From contig OZ287086.1 in the NCBI GenBank assembly GCA_965645245.1, positions 744,001-808,000 of the forward strand: DNA of 64,000 bases, in the 5' to 3' direction. The translations under genes were made by a program, and so were the position numbers. The number at the start of each line of letters is the position of its first letter. Within the stretch, counting starts at the first letter, position 1. Below the pieces are notes generated by a model, which saw only the letters and a program-made list of their open reading frames with translations, was not told the DNA's origin and ran no database searches. This DNA comes from Massalongia carnosa (Eukaryota). Below are positions 11,120 through 25,494 of the stretch, in pieces.

Positions 11120-14100
11120 ATGAGGGACACGAAATCCCTCTCTATATTGCAGTATAATGTCAGAAATGACAGAGTGAGTACTATGATACCCCTCTTAACA
11201 GACACAAACACCCAGGACTTTGATATTATTGCAATACAGGAACCGTGGCGCAATCTATCCGCCCCCACATCGGTTAGTTCTCATCAAAGCGGCTTTCACC
11301 TCCTATACCGCCCAGGAGGTGACACCAGAGTGTGCTTTTATGTCAACGACCTAATAGACACTGACAGCTGGGAGGTGGAATTCACCTCGGCCGACATGTG
11401 CACTTTGAAACTAAAGACCTACACCGAAGGCGTTATGGAGAAAATTCACGTCCATAATGTGTATAACCCCTCTCCCGCTTCCTATTTATCCACTGACTGT
11501 CCTACGACCTTACCGGCGGCTTGGAGCATGCTTACCGCCGATGCGCATCACATACTACTTAGAGATTTCAACCTGCATCATCCCTTTTGGAATGGTCCCT
11601 CAAGACCCATACAACACGCTGCTGATGATCAATTACTAGAAATAATCGATGATCATAATCTTTCGTTGACACTGCCGAAAGGCACCGTAACATGGGAAGC
11701 AAGAAAAACGTCTAGCACGATAGATTTAGTTTTCATGTCAGAATACCTAGGCGAAAGACTCTAACACTGCATGTCCAGACCAGAATTGAATCAATCGTCC
11801 GATCACGTGCCGATATCAACCCGCATCTTACTCGGAAGCGAGCCGCAACCGAAAATCAAAGGGAGAGCATGGAAACTTCTAAACCTGGAAAAATTTAGGG
11901 AGGCCGAACGACACGCCCCTATACCGGAGTCTTCCCGTACCACTGCCGAGATTGATACGTACACGGAATCGATTCAAAAATTTCTACAAAATTTCATCAA
12001 ACGAAGCAGTTCCATGGGCAAAATCTAGCGAATATGCTAAGCCATTCTGGACAGAAGAATGCAGCATTGCCACCAAAGCCACGAGGAAACTACGCCGCAT
12101 ATGGTCCAGCACGTTAGACCTAACGGACTAGTCTAATTATATGAAATCCAATAATAAAAAACAGAAAATAATTCAAAAGACAAAGAGAACAAACGTTTGT
12201 GAAGAAATCAATAAGGCTACCGAAACGCCTCAGGGACTATGGCGGCTAGCGAAATGGGCCAAAGACAAAACTCATCAATCTAGAGAAGTATCCAAAATGC
12301 CGATGCTAAAATTCAATGACCAAGTAGAAGACACGTTTGACCAAAAAGCCGAAATTCTGAAAGGTGTCTTCTTTCCCGCACCACCACCGGCCAACCTAAG
12401 CGACATAGAAGGATCCTTCTATCCTACATCGCCGCACTGCCCAATAATCATCACCAAGTCAGAAGTATCGACGGCCCTGAGTCGGCTCAAGTCCGGTAAG
12501 GCACCGGGCCCAGACGGCATATCTAACGGAATACTCAAAGCATGCAGCGAAATACTTGTCGAACTACTCACACCTCTGTTTTAGGCGTGCGTCACACACT
12601 CGTACCACCCGCGGGCCTTCAAAATGGCAAACACAATAGCGCTGAAAAAAATAGGCAAAGGAGACTATACCACGCCGAAAGCCTACCGACCAATTGCACT
12701 GCTCAACACGCTCAGTAAAGTTATGGAATCCATCATTGGATCGAAAATAACATATCTGGCGGAAAAACACCGGCTCCTACCCGATACACAGATGGGAGCA
12801 AGGAAGGGCAGATCCACAGAGTCAGCACTGAAACTGCTAACTGAACAGGTTCACACGATTTGGGGACAGGGAAAAGACAAAGTTGCCACACTGCTAAGTA
12901 TGGACGTCGCCGGCGCGTTCGATACGGTATCACATCAACATCTAACGCACAACCTACGGAAAAGAAAAATTCCAAAATGGTTCACTAACTGGTTAAACAG
13001 CTTTCTGAGCGATCGAAGCACCACTTTAGCAATAAATCGAAAAGTCACTGGGAGGTTTGCGGTAAGAACGGGTATCCCGCAGGGCTCTCCACTGTCATCT
13101 ATTCTTTACCTATTTTACAATGCAGATCTATTGGAAATATGTGATCGACCAGGCAAAAACACAAGTGCCATAGGATTCGTAGACGACGCAAACATTTTTG
13201 CATATAGAAAAAGCACCGAGGAAAACTGCAAAACTCTAGAGGCAATACACAGACAATATGAGACGTGGGCTTCCCGGCTCGGGTCCGTATTCGCTCCGAC
13301 GAAGTACGAACTCATACACTTGTCCAGAAATCCCAAAAGATTCAACATGACCGCATCAATCAATATTGTTACCACCGAAATTGAACCTAAAATAGACATC
13401 AGAGTATTGGGCCTACAAATCGACACCAAATTGAAATGGGGACCGCACGTTCGCATAACGCAAGAGAAAATAGTCAAACAATCCATGGCATTGACAAAAA
13501 TTTCCACATCAACCTGGGGTGCCACCTTCGCCAAGGCAAGGCAGGTTTACAGTACCGTGGTGCGTCCGGCCATGACATATGGGTCAACCGTATGGCACAT
13601 GCCCAAAGAAGTCAAAAAGTCGAAAACGTCAACGAGCAAGCTCTCCGTCATGCAAAACAATTGCCTTCGCACTATAGCCGGTGCCTTTAAAGCCACTCCC
13701 ATCTCAGTACTAGAAGCAGAGATATTCATAGAGCCCATAGATACGCATCTCGACATGCTACAAGCACAGGCAAGGCACCGGCTCCGAGCCGGAGGCCAAT
13801 TGAAGATCATCTCCTCCGCATGCAACAAAATAGATGACAAACTTCGAGGCAAGGCAGGTCGCAAACGACTTCAAAACCCCACCCGGGAGAGCTGAAACAC
13901 ATCTGGGCCAAAAGCCTACTGATCGACTCAAAAATAGTTCAACCACCAAAGGCACACCTACTATGGTTCGAAGTCTACCCGGCGTGGCACCGCGAAGCTA
14001 CCGTTGCGGTAACTGCCCGACACAAGTATATGCAAACAATCAAAGCACGACAAATAAATGTCTGGAACGACTCGTTGTACGTATATCAAAATCGCGTCAT

Positions 14101-14471
14101 CGAACCCTCTATAGCATAATCAGTCCCACTGAGCAAAAAACGGCTGAAAATAAACCCAGCTAAAAAAGGCAGAAAGCGCTCTAACAACTCAAATCCGCAC
14201 TGGCGAGATCGGGTTAGCTGACTTCCTCTACAAGCGATGGGTGCCCTCCGTCACCTCACCGGCCTGCTCATGTGGCTGGCACAGACAAACTCCAGAACAT
14301 GTAATCATGTTCTGCAGACTTATTGACAATAGAGAACAGATGTTTCGCGCCGCCGGCACGAGCGACTATCAGCAGCTGACCAAATCATCAAAAACTCTAA
14401 AGATACTAACTGCTTGGCTAATGAAAACATGCTTATTGAATCAATTCTCACTAGCATCAACATTATTATAA
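11120..14471 (+). pseudogene. LINE A1 ORF2: AP endonuclease + reverse transcriptase + C-terminal Cys/His motif (no RNase H)
   Basis: ILQYNV, IAIQEPW, DFNLHH, SDH; KAPGPDG, YRPIALL, GIPQGSPLS, FVDD; SPACSCG..QTPEHVIMFC. Several stops and frameshifts. Confidence 0.93.
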
Positions 14472-14945
14472 AATCAACAATAGTTGAATCTTTCTTTCTT
14501 TCTTCTCTTTTCACAAGGCATTACAGTTCCCACACGTCTTTTGCACTGCGTCTCCCGCCCGACGTCGACACGTAGTCACATCGGACGGGTATCAAGGGAC
14601 ATGGTTTTACACCTGTGAAAAGTTTTCCATGTAACATAACTTAGATAGCTTTGCCCGCATGGGCAGGCCTACGGCCGGTATCATATCGGAGTATGAATAC
14701 ATCATCATTATTATTATGAATGGTACTAATGGTCTATAGAAGTTATTGAAGTTATCATAGCCTTAATAATGACCTTTTTGTCTTCCGCGCTCTTAAGACT
14801 TTTAAAAAAAGATGCTTTATTGAGTACACTGTGAATGGCCTCACGGAGGCGAAAAAGGAAGATACTACTTTATCAGGCTATGCGGCGACAAATTCCCAAC
14901 AGCCATCTACGGCGTATCTAAACGCGGCCTAAATCCTTGATTATG

Positions 14946-15628
14946 CTTGCCTCAGTACCTCAGACGTACGTGGGCTCTAGGAGCCGTCTAAGCCCTCCGG
15001 GTTAGCCTATTTCGCTAAGCTCCTTCGAATTAGCGTCCCAGCTGACTAACGTGGCTGCGATAGCACGTCTGAGCGCAAAACTAAATATTACGGTCAGATA
15101 TTCGTAATAAATCGTGTATTATTGCGATTTTTCGACATTTTGACGTTTTGCTTTTTCGTTTGACACGGACTATTTCTTCGAAAGAATTCAACTGGAATTT
15201 GTATAGAAAGTTTTCTGAAATTTATGTTCGTTGTAAAGTTTATGTGGGGCAATCTAATTGCACTTCGCATAGAAATCGAGAATCGACTTAACGAAAATAA
15301 CAAGATATATGTAAAGTTGCTCTGCACGTTATAAAAATAAATAAAGATTGAAATTTATATCGAAAAAATAAAAAATACATTGATAATGTTCATATCAAGC
15401 GACGACGACGTTACAAACATGAAAACAATGAAGTTGTGATGTTGTACTATAAGGTCGAAATCGTTCTTGTCATGATCGTTAAGCCATATCTGACCGTAAT
15501 CTTGAGTTTTGGGCTCAGACTTGCTACAGATGTGCTGCGTAGTCAGTCTGTTAACCCGAAGGGGCTTAACGTTCTGTAAGGCTAACCCGAAGTGGCTTAG
15601 CCGGGCACGTCTGAGGTACTAAGGCAAG
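14946..15628. mobile_element. MITE / non-autonomous TIR transposon
   Basis: Termini CTTGCCTCAGTACCTCAGACGT / ACGTCTGAGGTACTAAGGCAAG with ~150-bp imperfect TIRs. TSD ATTATG (14940-14945, 15629-15634), or GATTATGC if the ends are drawn 1 bp inward. No ORF. Confidence 0.85.
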
Positions 15629-15723
15629 ATTATGCAAGCTAACTTAAAGTAAAAGGCAACATTACGCGAAAAAAAAACTCAGTCTCACCCCGATCCTCGC
15701 TTAGAGATTGTCAACCTGCGAGG

Positions 15724-18389
15724 GGAATAGGATTATACCAAAGGTCCTGTTTCAGATTAATCAGAATAGGTAGTCTCGTATTGCCTTACATTGCATTAAA
15801 TCTACCTTTATTTAAAAAAAGCAAAAAAAACTTTCATTAATTTCACCTATTGTAGTGTCTCGTAAAGAGTTAAATCCGACTTACTGCCTTAGCGAGGAAC
15901 GGTATATTTTAACCCGATTAGGATTTATTGGACACGTTATAGTCAAATAAATAGGGATAGGAAGAAAGAGTCATTTGACCAGAGTCATTTGACCAGTAAA
16001 CAGGTGTAAATTCTATTCTGACTAGTACGTCCGGGGAACGTCAGAACAAATTATTTGGTGGCGATAAAAGGGATATTGCAAAGGCAAAAAAGACTATGCT
16101 CAATCGAAGGTTTAACCCGATAAGTCATAGACCTAATCGATTGGTACCATCAACTCCACCCCCAGGCCCTCCTCCGAAAAATCTATGGGTCCCCCCGACT
16201 ACTCGCCTGGGCCCCCCCCTAACCGACTCCCTCGCGTAATCTTCAGTAGCGATAATTGGGAGCACCCCCCTAACCGTAGAATCCACGGAGGCCATGGACC
16301 AAACACGAGAATCTTCGTCCGCATCGTCCATAACTACTCCAAAAGCGAAATCTTTTGTAGCGCCATCTGTTGAATTCAGTACTAATCTTCCCATGCCGTC
16401 ATTGAATTCTGATATTCGACTGAGTCTACCAATTAAACGCAATAAAAGACGAACATTTGAGGAAGATTCAATTGAAAGTCAAGAAGTCATCAATCGAAAA
16501 AAAATCGATTCAAGTATTGAATACGGCAAAAAATGCATTATTGGAGTCATTCTTACTAGATCAAAAACCCGAAACGGCTATTGTCATTGATTATATCAAT
16601 TCTCTACTGGCAAAGAAATCGATCAAGCCTAAAGTAACGTTAGAAATGATTGATTGGAAATTGAATAGATTGCTATAACAAACTAGCAAAATTCCAGAAA
16701 AAAATAGACAATCGGTGCGACCTATACAGACAAGTTCAAATGGAAATTCAAATGGAAATTCGAATTTGACCAGAAACATCAACCCAACAATTCAGAGAGG
16801 AACTACCGGGTTCCCGGGGCCGCAGGTCAATTACACAGCTAGAACATGGAGTTAAATGCTCGGAAAAGCGACTGCCAATTCAGAAAACTGGACTACCGTT
16901 ACTCGATCCAAAAAAACCAACAACAACAACATCAACAACAATTCGAATGCGAACAAATTCGATAATACTGACGATTTCAAGGCGATAATATCTCGACGGT
17001 CGATAATCCCACCGAAAGCTCATATCGGCGATATCGATTCACTGTTGCTTCGAAACCAAATCAATTCGCTTTTTAAAGACGCGAAGTTGACTATCGTAGT
17101 TAACACGGTCGAAAAGCCAAAACGAGTCAAAAAATTGTTCTGACTACTAGTCCTGAAATCACTATTGAAGATTTATTGAACAATAAATCAGCATTTAATT
17201 GACCCACGAATAGTTCGAAAGGACGAATCATGGTTCAAAGTCGTCGCACACGGTATAAATATTTCAATATTTGATTAAAACATGCAATATTTGCAAGACG
17301 AAATTCAAAAGTTCAATTCGTACATGCAACTATGCGATGTTCCCAGATGGCTAGCACGTGATCGTCATAACAAGATCAAATTATCCGTTGTCTTGACATT
17401 TTAACGATCGAAATATGGCCTTGAACGCGTTAAAGGAGTCAATATCGCGGGCCGACATTGTGACACGGAAATATTAACCTCAGTTTGTCCAAAAACACAA
17501 TACATTAATTGTCAAAATTTTGGAAACAAGCATTATCAATGCAAAAGTCAAGCCAAATGCAGCAGATGTGCACAAAATCATGAAACACGCAATCATGAAT
17601 GAAAAACATGCAAATCAAAAATTGCGTATGCACACGTCGTCGTCAAATGCGCGAATTGCAACAAGAATTATCAATCCAATGATGAAAATTGTGAAATAGT
17701 TGTATCTTTAAATGTTCAAAAATCGACTGACGAACTAGACGCTTTATAACGGCAGGATAACATTCGTTGATAAATATCGAAAATTCAAAAAATGTTAAAT
17801 TTATTCAAAATAATTAATTGTGCAAAGTAAACATTTCGTGTTAGGAATATGCTTTATCAAATCAATTTGATATTGTTTTGTTTCAGAAACCATGGACACG
17901 AGATCAAAAAACAATATCACATCCGTCATTTACATGTATTATGCCGAAAATAGCGATTTATCGCTCGAGAGTAGCTATATTTGTCAAAAAATGCAATCCC
18001 AAACTGCAATGCACGCCTGGATCGGATATTCTTGACGATTCCGATATGCAAATTATTGAAATTACAATTGATGAAGTTCGAAGAGCACAGATCTTCAATA
18101 TTTTTAACGAAAAAAGTTAGAGTAATCGAGAAATATACACGATCGATCGACTTTTGATCAAATATCAACATAAATAAACTGATAAATTCGTCATATATGG
18201 AGATTTCACTGCATATCATAACTGGTAGAATTCGAAAATTCAACAAGAAATTCGATCAGAAAATCTAGTCAAATTGTTGAAATTAAAAAAGTATACCTTG
18301 AAAAACACACCTGATTTATGCACATACTACGCCTATTTTAGAAGATCTTCATCTTTTATTGATTCAACATTTGCAAATTCTAAAATAGA
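15724..18389 (+). mobile_element. LINE family B copy B1, 5' half (partial 5'UTR, ORF1, start of endonuclease), degraded
   Basis: Homologous to intact copy B7 with many stops and frameshifts. Ends at the tail of B2. Confidence 0.9.
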
Positions 18390-21300
18390 TTTTTATTATT
18401 TTATTGATTCATTAAGTGTATTCAAACTAAGGTTATGACAGAAAACTATTTTAAGGTATGTTTTTATTTTACAAAATAAATCAACCCTTAATAACCCAAC
18501 TATGTATCGTAAATATTGCCCAGTTTTTACTCCGTGTTAGTAACAACCTTTAGTAATCGATATATCGATTTTACAATTTGTTTTTGTAAATCTCGTGAAT
18601 ATTCCAGCATAAATAATTTCTAACTTTACTGTTCGATCTCTCCCCAACCTCCCGTTTCGATATTTTCGTCATCGAGCTGACCTAGCATCCATTTTCTAGT
18701 CGCGATTTGGTTATCAATAATATATTTAATTAAAATATTATTTCCGATCCTAGTATTAAAAAAGATTTTTGAAGTAATTGTGGTATCGATATTTTGTTTC
18801 ATATTTAGGATTTCATTGGAATAATGTATGCAATTCATCAATAAGCGTTCTGGCGTTTGACGTTCGTTGCAGCGCCCTGTGCATTTTGACGAATTATAAT
18901 CTTTCAATCGGTGCAGATATGATCGAAAATAACCGTGTCCGAATTTCATTTGCATAATAGTCGCAAATATCAATTTCGAACAATTATTCGACAGATAATA
19001 AAAACTCGATTTGCCCGGCTGCATTTCGAATTTCTCATAATATTTGCCTTTTGACTTGCATTGTTGCCATTGATTCGCCCATGTGTCTAACATATTTCGA
19101 TTTATTTGACCCTTTACATAATCAAATGTTATTTTCGAAGACTCGACTAGGATTCGACTAAGTCCCGCTTTTGCTGCTTTATCTGCAATTTCATTTTCGA
19201 CGATTTTCGAATGACTAGGAATCCATTGTAGAACCACCTGATAATTGTTTCCGAATAAGCATTTCGAGAATTTTCGAATTTGTTTTGCGTAAGTATGATT
19301 TGTCAAGTTCTGAATTTCGTTTATCGCGTTTATACTATCGGAAAAAATCCAAATCGTTTTTTCCAAATTGGAGTGAATATTTGCAATTATCAATTTGTAT
19401 GCCCATTTTATTGCTTGTAGTATCGCATACAGTTCAGCGTTTTTAATGATTGACTGTTTGTGTAATTTCCAGCTTTTCGAAATCATATGATGTTTGAGGA
19501 GACAATCTTTTTCGATAAAACGATTGAAGTTATCGGTGAAATTGTTCCAATTTCGCATAATTGGTGCAATGTGACAGCGGAAGTTGAAAACTCGGTTTTT
19601 GATCCATCGGTATAGGGTAACACTAGCGATTTATCGGCGTTTATTGATTGAATTTTTGATAAAGTCGAATAATAACTTGACTTTACTGTTTCATTTGATT
19701 TTTCGATTTGGAACTTGATTTTACAAGACGGCTTCCATGGTTTGATGAAATTATTTACTGATTCGAATTCATCAGTTTTGTGAACTATATCCGAAACGGA
19801 ATGAAGAATACGGATAAGCTGAATAGGATGAGATTTAATCGATTTTTTCTCGTCTTCGTTCCATTCAGCATATCTGTTGTTCCATAAACTAGTGTCAAAA
19901 CCGATGTTTTCGAATTTCACCGAATAGGTACTGGGAATTCTTTGACAAATAGGATTATTTTCGGCAATCTTCAATAATCGAATTGCGTATTTTTGATTTT
20001 TTATCAACAATCGTAGCTTGGCTGGTAAAATATGCGATTCAATTTCCATCGCCTGAACAGGCGTGCTTTTGAATGTGCCTAAAATCTTTCGAATCATTCG
20101 ATTTTGCAGATTCTGAAATAGCTTTTCATATTTCTTTTGACCGTTATACCAGATTTCTGAGCCATAGTCCGAAATAGGAATAATGCATGACAAATAGAGC
20201 TGTCTGTATGCAGTTGGCTTTAGTCCCCATTTAGACTTCATAAAATTTTGAATTGCGAAAAACGATCGATTTGCAGAAGCAATTCGTGTTCCGACGTGTT
20301 TTTCGTAATTTAGTTTTCGGTCTAACCAGATTCCTAACAATTTGACAGAATTTTTCGGTTCTAGAATTGTCCCGTTTGGTAATTGCACTTTGTCTTTTGA
20401 TGCATTTCTTGACTTTCCGAAGTGAATCTACACAGATTTGTCGTCATCAAATTTGACATTATTCGTTGCGGCCCAATAAAAAGCTGTTTTGACGATAATT
20501 TCGATTTCTTTGCAATTCTGTTTGGCAGTTTTATTTTCGACATATATTGCAACATCTTCTATAAAGCTAGGTGAATGAGCAATGAATTTCATTCGTATTT
20601 TCGGAAATAAATAACGAATATAAATCAGAAATAGAATTGGCGAAATTGGTGAATCTTGTGGAATTCAAGATTCGATATAGTACGTTTTACTTTTGTATTC
20701 ATCGAATATCAAATTGATCGATCGTTTTGTCATAAAATGCTTGACCCATTGAATAACTATGCGAGATAAATGCAGCTTTTTCATGACATTTAGCAATTGA
20801 TTAATCGAAAAAACGTCAAATGCTCCTTTGATATCGAGTAATAGACATGATAAAACGTTTTTGTTTCGGTTTGAGATTTCGATATCATGAACGACGTTTA
20901 TTACCGCTCGATTGCAGAATGATTTTTGCGTCCGCCCATTTGTTCGGTATCTAACAAGCTAGAATTTTCGCCGAGGTAGGCGAGTCGATTAGCAACTATT
21001 TTCTACGCAATTTTACCAAGAAAATTCAGTAGTGTAATAATTCGATCTGATTTTGGCAGCGAGTAGTCTGGTTTATTAGGTTTTTTTAAAACTGCACAGA
21101 GTCCTGTTCGCCAGCATGACGGGTGATAACAGATTTGTATAAATTAAGAATAAATAGTAAAAAACACGTTTTTCAATGGTTGAAACGGGCCTACTTCGGC
21201 GAAAATTCGAATTTATTAGACATCGAACAGATGGGCGGACGCAAAAATCACTCTGCAATTGACGCAGTAATGACCGTCGTTCATGATATCGAAATAGCGA

Positions 21301-24300
21301 ACCGAAAAAAGAACGTTTTATCATGTTTATTACACGACATCAAAGGCGCATTTGACTTTGTATCGATTAATCAGCTGTTAAATGTCATGAAAAATCTGAA
21401 ATTATCTCGCATAGTTATTCAATGGGTCAAAAATTTTATGACAAAACGATCGGTCAATCTAATATTCGATGAAAATAAAAGCAAAACCTATTATGTCGAA
21501 TCAGGAATTCCACAAGGCTCACCTATTTCGCCTATATTATTTTCGATCTACATTCGTCACTTATTTCCGAAAGTACGAATGAAATTCAATGCACATTCTC
21601 CTAGTTTTTTTATAGACGATGTTGCAATATATGTCGAAAATAAAACTGCAAAACAGAATTACAAAGAAATCGAAATCATAGTAAAAACTGCATTTGATTG
21701 GGCCGCATCGAATAATGTCAAATTTGATGACGAAAAATCCGAACTGATTCACTTCGAAAAGACAAGAAATGCATCGAAAGACACACTGCAATTACCAAAC
21801 GGAACTATACTGGAACCGAAAAATGTAGTCAAATGGTTGGGAATCTGGCTAGATCGAAAACTGAATTACAAAAAACATGTCGAAACTCGAATTTCTTCTG
21901 CAAATCGGTCATTCTTTGGGATTCAAAATTTGATGAAATCAGAGTGGGGTCTTAAACAGACTGCATGTAGACAGCTTTATTTGTCATGCATCGTTCCTAT
22001 TTCGGATTATGGTTCAGAAATTTGGTACAATGGTCAACAGAAATATGAGAAACTATTTCAGAATTTGCAAAATCGTATTACTCGAAAGATTTTAGGAACA
22101 TTCAAAACCACACCTGTTCAGGCGATGGAAATTGAATCACATATTCTACCAGTCAAACTACGATTATTGATGAAAAATTAAAAATATGCTATTCGATTGT
22201 GGAAGATTGCCGAAAATAATCCCATTTGTCAAAGAATTCCAAACACATATTCGATGAAATTCGAAAACATCGGTTTTGATACTAGCTTATGGAACAACAA
22301 ATATGCCGAATGGAACGAAGACGAAAAACAAACAAATAAAAGATATCCTAGTCAGCTTATTCGTGTTTTGCACTCCGTTTCGGACATAGTTCACAAAACT
22401 GATGAATTCGAACAATCAAATAACTTCATAAAACCATGGAAGTCGTCGTGTAAAATCGAATTTCAAATCGAAAAGTCAAAAGAAACAGCAAAATCAAGTT
22501 ATTATTCGACTTTGTCCAAAATTCAATCTATGAATTCCGAAATATCACGAATATTACTTTATACGGATAGATCAAAAGTAGAATTTGCAACTTCTGCGGT
22601 CACATTCGCACCAATTATGCGAAAATGGAACAATTTTATCGATGATTTCGATCACTTTATCGAAAAAGATTGCCTTATCCAACATCATACAATTTCGAAA
22701 AGCTGGAAATTGAGCAAACAGTCAAGCATTAAAAATGCTGAACTTTATGCGATTTACAAGCAGTCAAATGGGTATACAAGTTAACGAACGAGAATATATT
22801 ATCGAATTTAGAAAAAACAATATGGATTTTTCCAATAGTTTGAACGCGATAAACGAAATTCAACATTTAACAAATCATATTTATGCGTAGCAAATTCGAA
22901 AATTGCAAAATGTTTATTCGAAAACAACTATCAGATAATTCTGCAATGGATCCCTAGTCATTCGAAAATTATCGAAAATGAAATTGCAGACAAAACGGCG
23001 AAAGCAGGACACAGTCAAATCATAGCGGAGTCCTCGGCGATCACATTTGACTACTTGAAAAGTCAAATTCATCAAAATACGCTAAACACATGGACGAATC
23101 AATGGCAACGATGCAGGTCAAAAGGCAAACATTACGAGAAATTTGATATGCAACCTGGCAAATCGAGCTTTTATCATTTGTCAAACAATTGTTCGAAAAT
23201 GATATTTGCTACCATTATGCAGCTGAAATTTGGACACGGTTATTTTCGTTCATATCTATATCGATTGAAAGATTACAATTCGTCAAAATGCACGAATAGA
23301 TGCAACGAACGTCAAACGCCAGAACATCTATTGTTGAACTGCAATCACTATTTTGAAGAATTTCAAATAATGAAACAAAGTATCGATACTACAATCAATT
23401 TGAACATTTTATTCAATACCAAAATTGGAAATGACATTTTGATAAAGTTTATTGCCAAAAACAAAATCGCTACTAGAAAATGGATACTAGGTCAGCTAGA
23501 AGACGAAATTGTCGAAACGGGAGGTTGGGGAGAGATCGAACAGTAAAATCAGAATTGATTTATGCTGAAACAGTTACGAACTTTACAAAGACAAATTGTA
23601 AAATCGAAAATTCGATTACTATAGGTTGTTACTAACACGGAGTAAAAACGGGGAAAAATTGAAGGTTCATAGATGGGTTATAAAGGGTTGATTTATTTGT
23701 ATTATAGAAAGATATCTTAAAATAGTTAAGTGTCATAACCTTAGGTTGAATACACTCAATGAATAAATAAAAAAAAATGGTTGAAACGATTTTGAACTAT
23801 TGTGAAATTGATTGAATCAGGTCCACATGCTTTCTTTGGATTAAACAAACTAATCGCATTTTGCAATTCATTTTCGGTTAAATTCGGCCAATTGTTGTCA
23901 TTTTCGCTGTCTTGATTCGTTAGATCTTCAAAATTATCGTCCGTGAACGGGTTTTTTGTATACATTGCTGACACAAACGCATCGCATTTGTGATCGAATT
24001 GAACATTTAACTTGTTTTCATATTGAATAGGTGGTATTTTTTCGAACATGCGCGGTTTAGTGTATTTATAAGCTGTAAATACGTCTTGATTCGCTGCGTT
24101 TTCGAGGAAAGCCAACCAAGTTTGCTGTTTCGCTTTTCGGATTGCATGAAAGTACTCGATTCGACTATGTCTAAATGTTTGATGACTAAAATAGGACGGA
24201 TTATTCTTCCATTCTCGAAGATGTCTCCACATGATTTTTCGAAGTCCGGTTAAATCTTGCGACCACCAATTTTTCGATTTTGCGCATATTTTTTTCTTCG

Positions 24301-25494
24301 GAATAAACATTCCATCCGCGTTTTTGATAACGTTTTGCAAATATAACGCTAATTCGTCAAATTGATAATTGTTCAATAGACTTTGTATTTGGGACTCGTA
24401 GTTTATTGCATTTTCGTCTAGAAACTTCGAGAATTTATCCTAATCGGCTTTATTGCAGTTGTATTTATCAGATAATGCGGTTGCGTGTGACGTCAAGTTC
24501 TTGAATGACGCGATAAGTTCAAATCGAATAACTTCATGAACTGAACCCGTGACTGCGTTTTCATCGATTGACCAATTTGTAATTGCGTTTTCGATTTTAG
24601 AATTTGCAAATGTTAAATCAATAATAGATGAAGAGTTTCCTGAATGAGCAAAAAATGTATATAGATCAGGCGTATTTATAAACTAGATTTGTTTAATTTT
24701 AACTATTTGACTAGATTTTCTGATCGAATTGCAGTTTGAATCTTCGAATTCCACCAGCTATGATGTGCATTGAAATCTCCACATATGTCCTATTGATCAG
24801 TTGATATAGGTTGATATTTGACTAAAGTTCGATCGATTTTATATGTTTCTCGATCGTTTAGACTTTTTTCATTGTAAAGTTTAAAAATCTGCACTTTTCG
24901 AACTTCATCAATTCTAATTTCGATAATTTGCAGCTCAGAATCGTTAATAAGATCGGTTCTAAGCGTGCATTGTAATTTTAGATTGCATTTCGTAACAAAT
25001 ATAGCTACTCTCGGCCGATAAGTCGCTATTTTCGGCATAATACATGTGAATGACGGATGGGAAATTGTTTTTTGATCTCGCGTCCATGGTTCCTGAAATA
25101 AAACAATATCAACACGATTTAATACTGCATATTCCAGACACGAAATCATTGCATTCGTTGACTTTGCACAATTATGTTGAATAAATTTGACATTTTGTTT
25201 ATTTTCGATATTTGTCAACGAATGTTGTCCCGCCATTAACCAAGCATTAATTCATCATTCGATTTTCTAGGATTTAGCGAGATAAACATTTCGCAACCTA
25301 TATCGTCCGATTGATGATTTTTGTTGCAATTGACGCATTTCAGAATTGCATGTGCGCATGCGATTTTAGACTTGCATGTTGTGCATTCATGATTATGCGT
25401 TTCATAACTTTGTGCGCATATATTGCATTTTGCCGGACTTTTGCATTGATAATGCTTATGTCCAAATTTCTGACAATTAATACATTGCGTGTTT
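18390..25494 (-). mobile_element. LINE family B copy B2 (ORF1 C-terminus, ORF2, 3'UTR), interrupted by B3
   Basis: (TAAAA)n-type tail at 18390; RNase H, RT and APE fragments; resumes at 23789 after B3. Confidence 0.9.
21188..23775 (+). mobile_element. LINE family B copy B3, 5'-truncated
   Basis: 13-bp TSD AATGGTTGAAACG (21175-21187, 23776-23788). RT, RNase H, 3'UTR and A tail. Confidence 0.93.

Larger units (their letters stand above)
6878..11123 (+). pseudogene. LINE A1 ORF1 (gag-like), interrupted by the 7082-9837 insertion
   Basis: N-terminus 6878-7081 resumes at 9838 (IGDTLQAIQQSL..SYAAAA). In-frame stop at 10441. CFNCQKYGHIGRAC and CAVCGEKGHEAWSTAC knuckles. Confidence 0.85.
4747..14716 (+). 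mobile_element. LINE retrotransposon family A copy A1 (Tad1-clade-like), full length, degraded
   Basis: Exact 14-bp TSD TGAATGGTACTAAT (4733-4746, 14717-14730), (CAT/TAT)n tail, gag-like ORF1 with CCHC knuckles, APE-RT ORF2. Confidence 0.9.
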
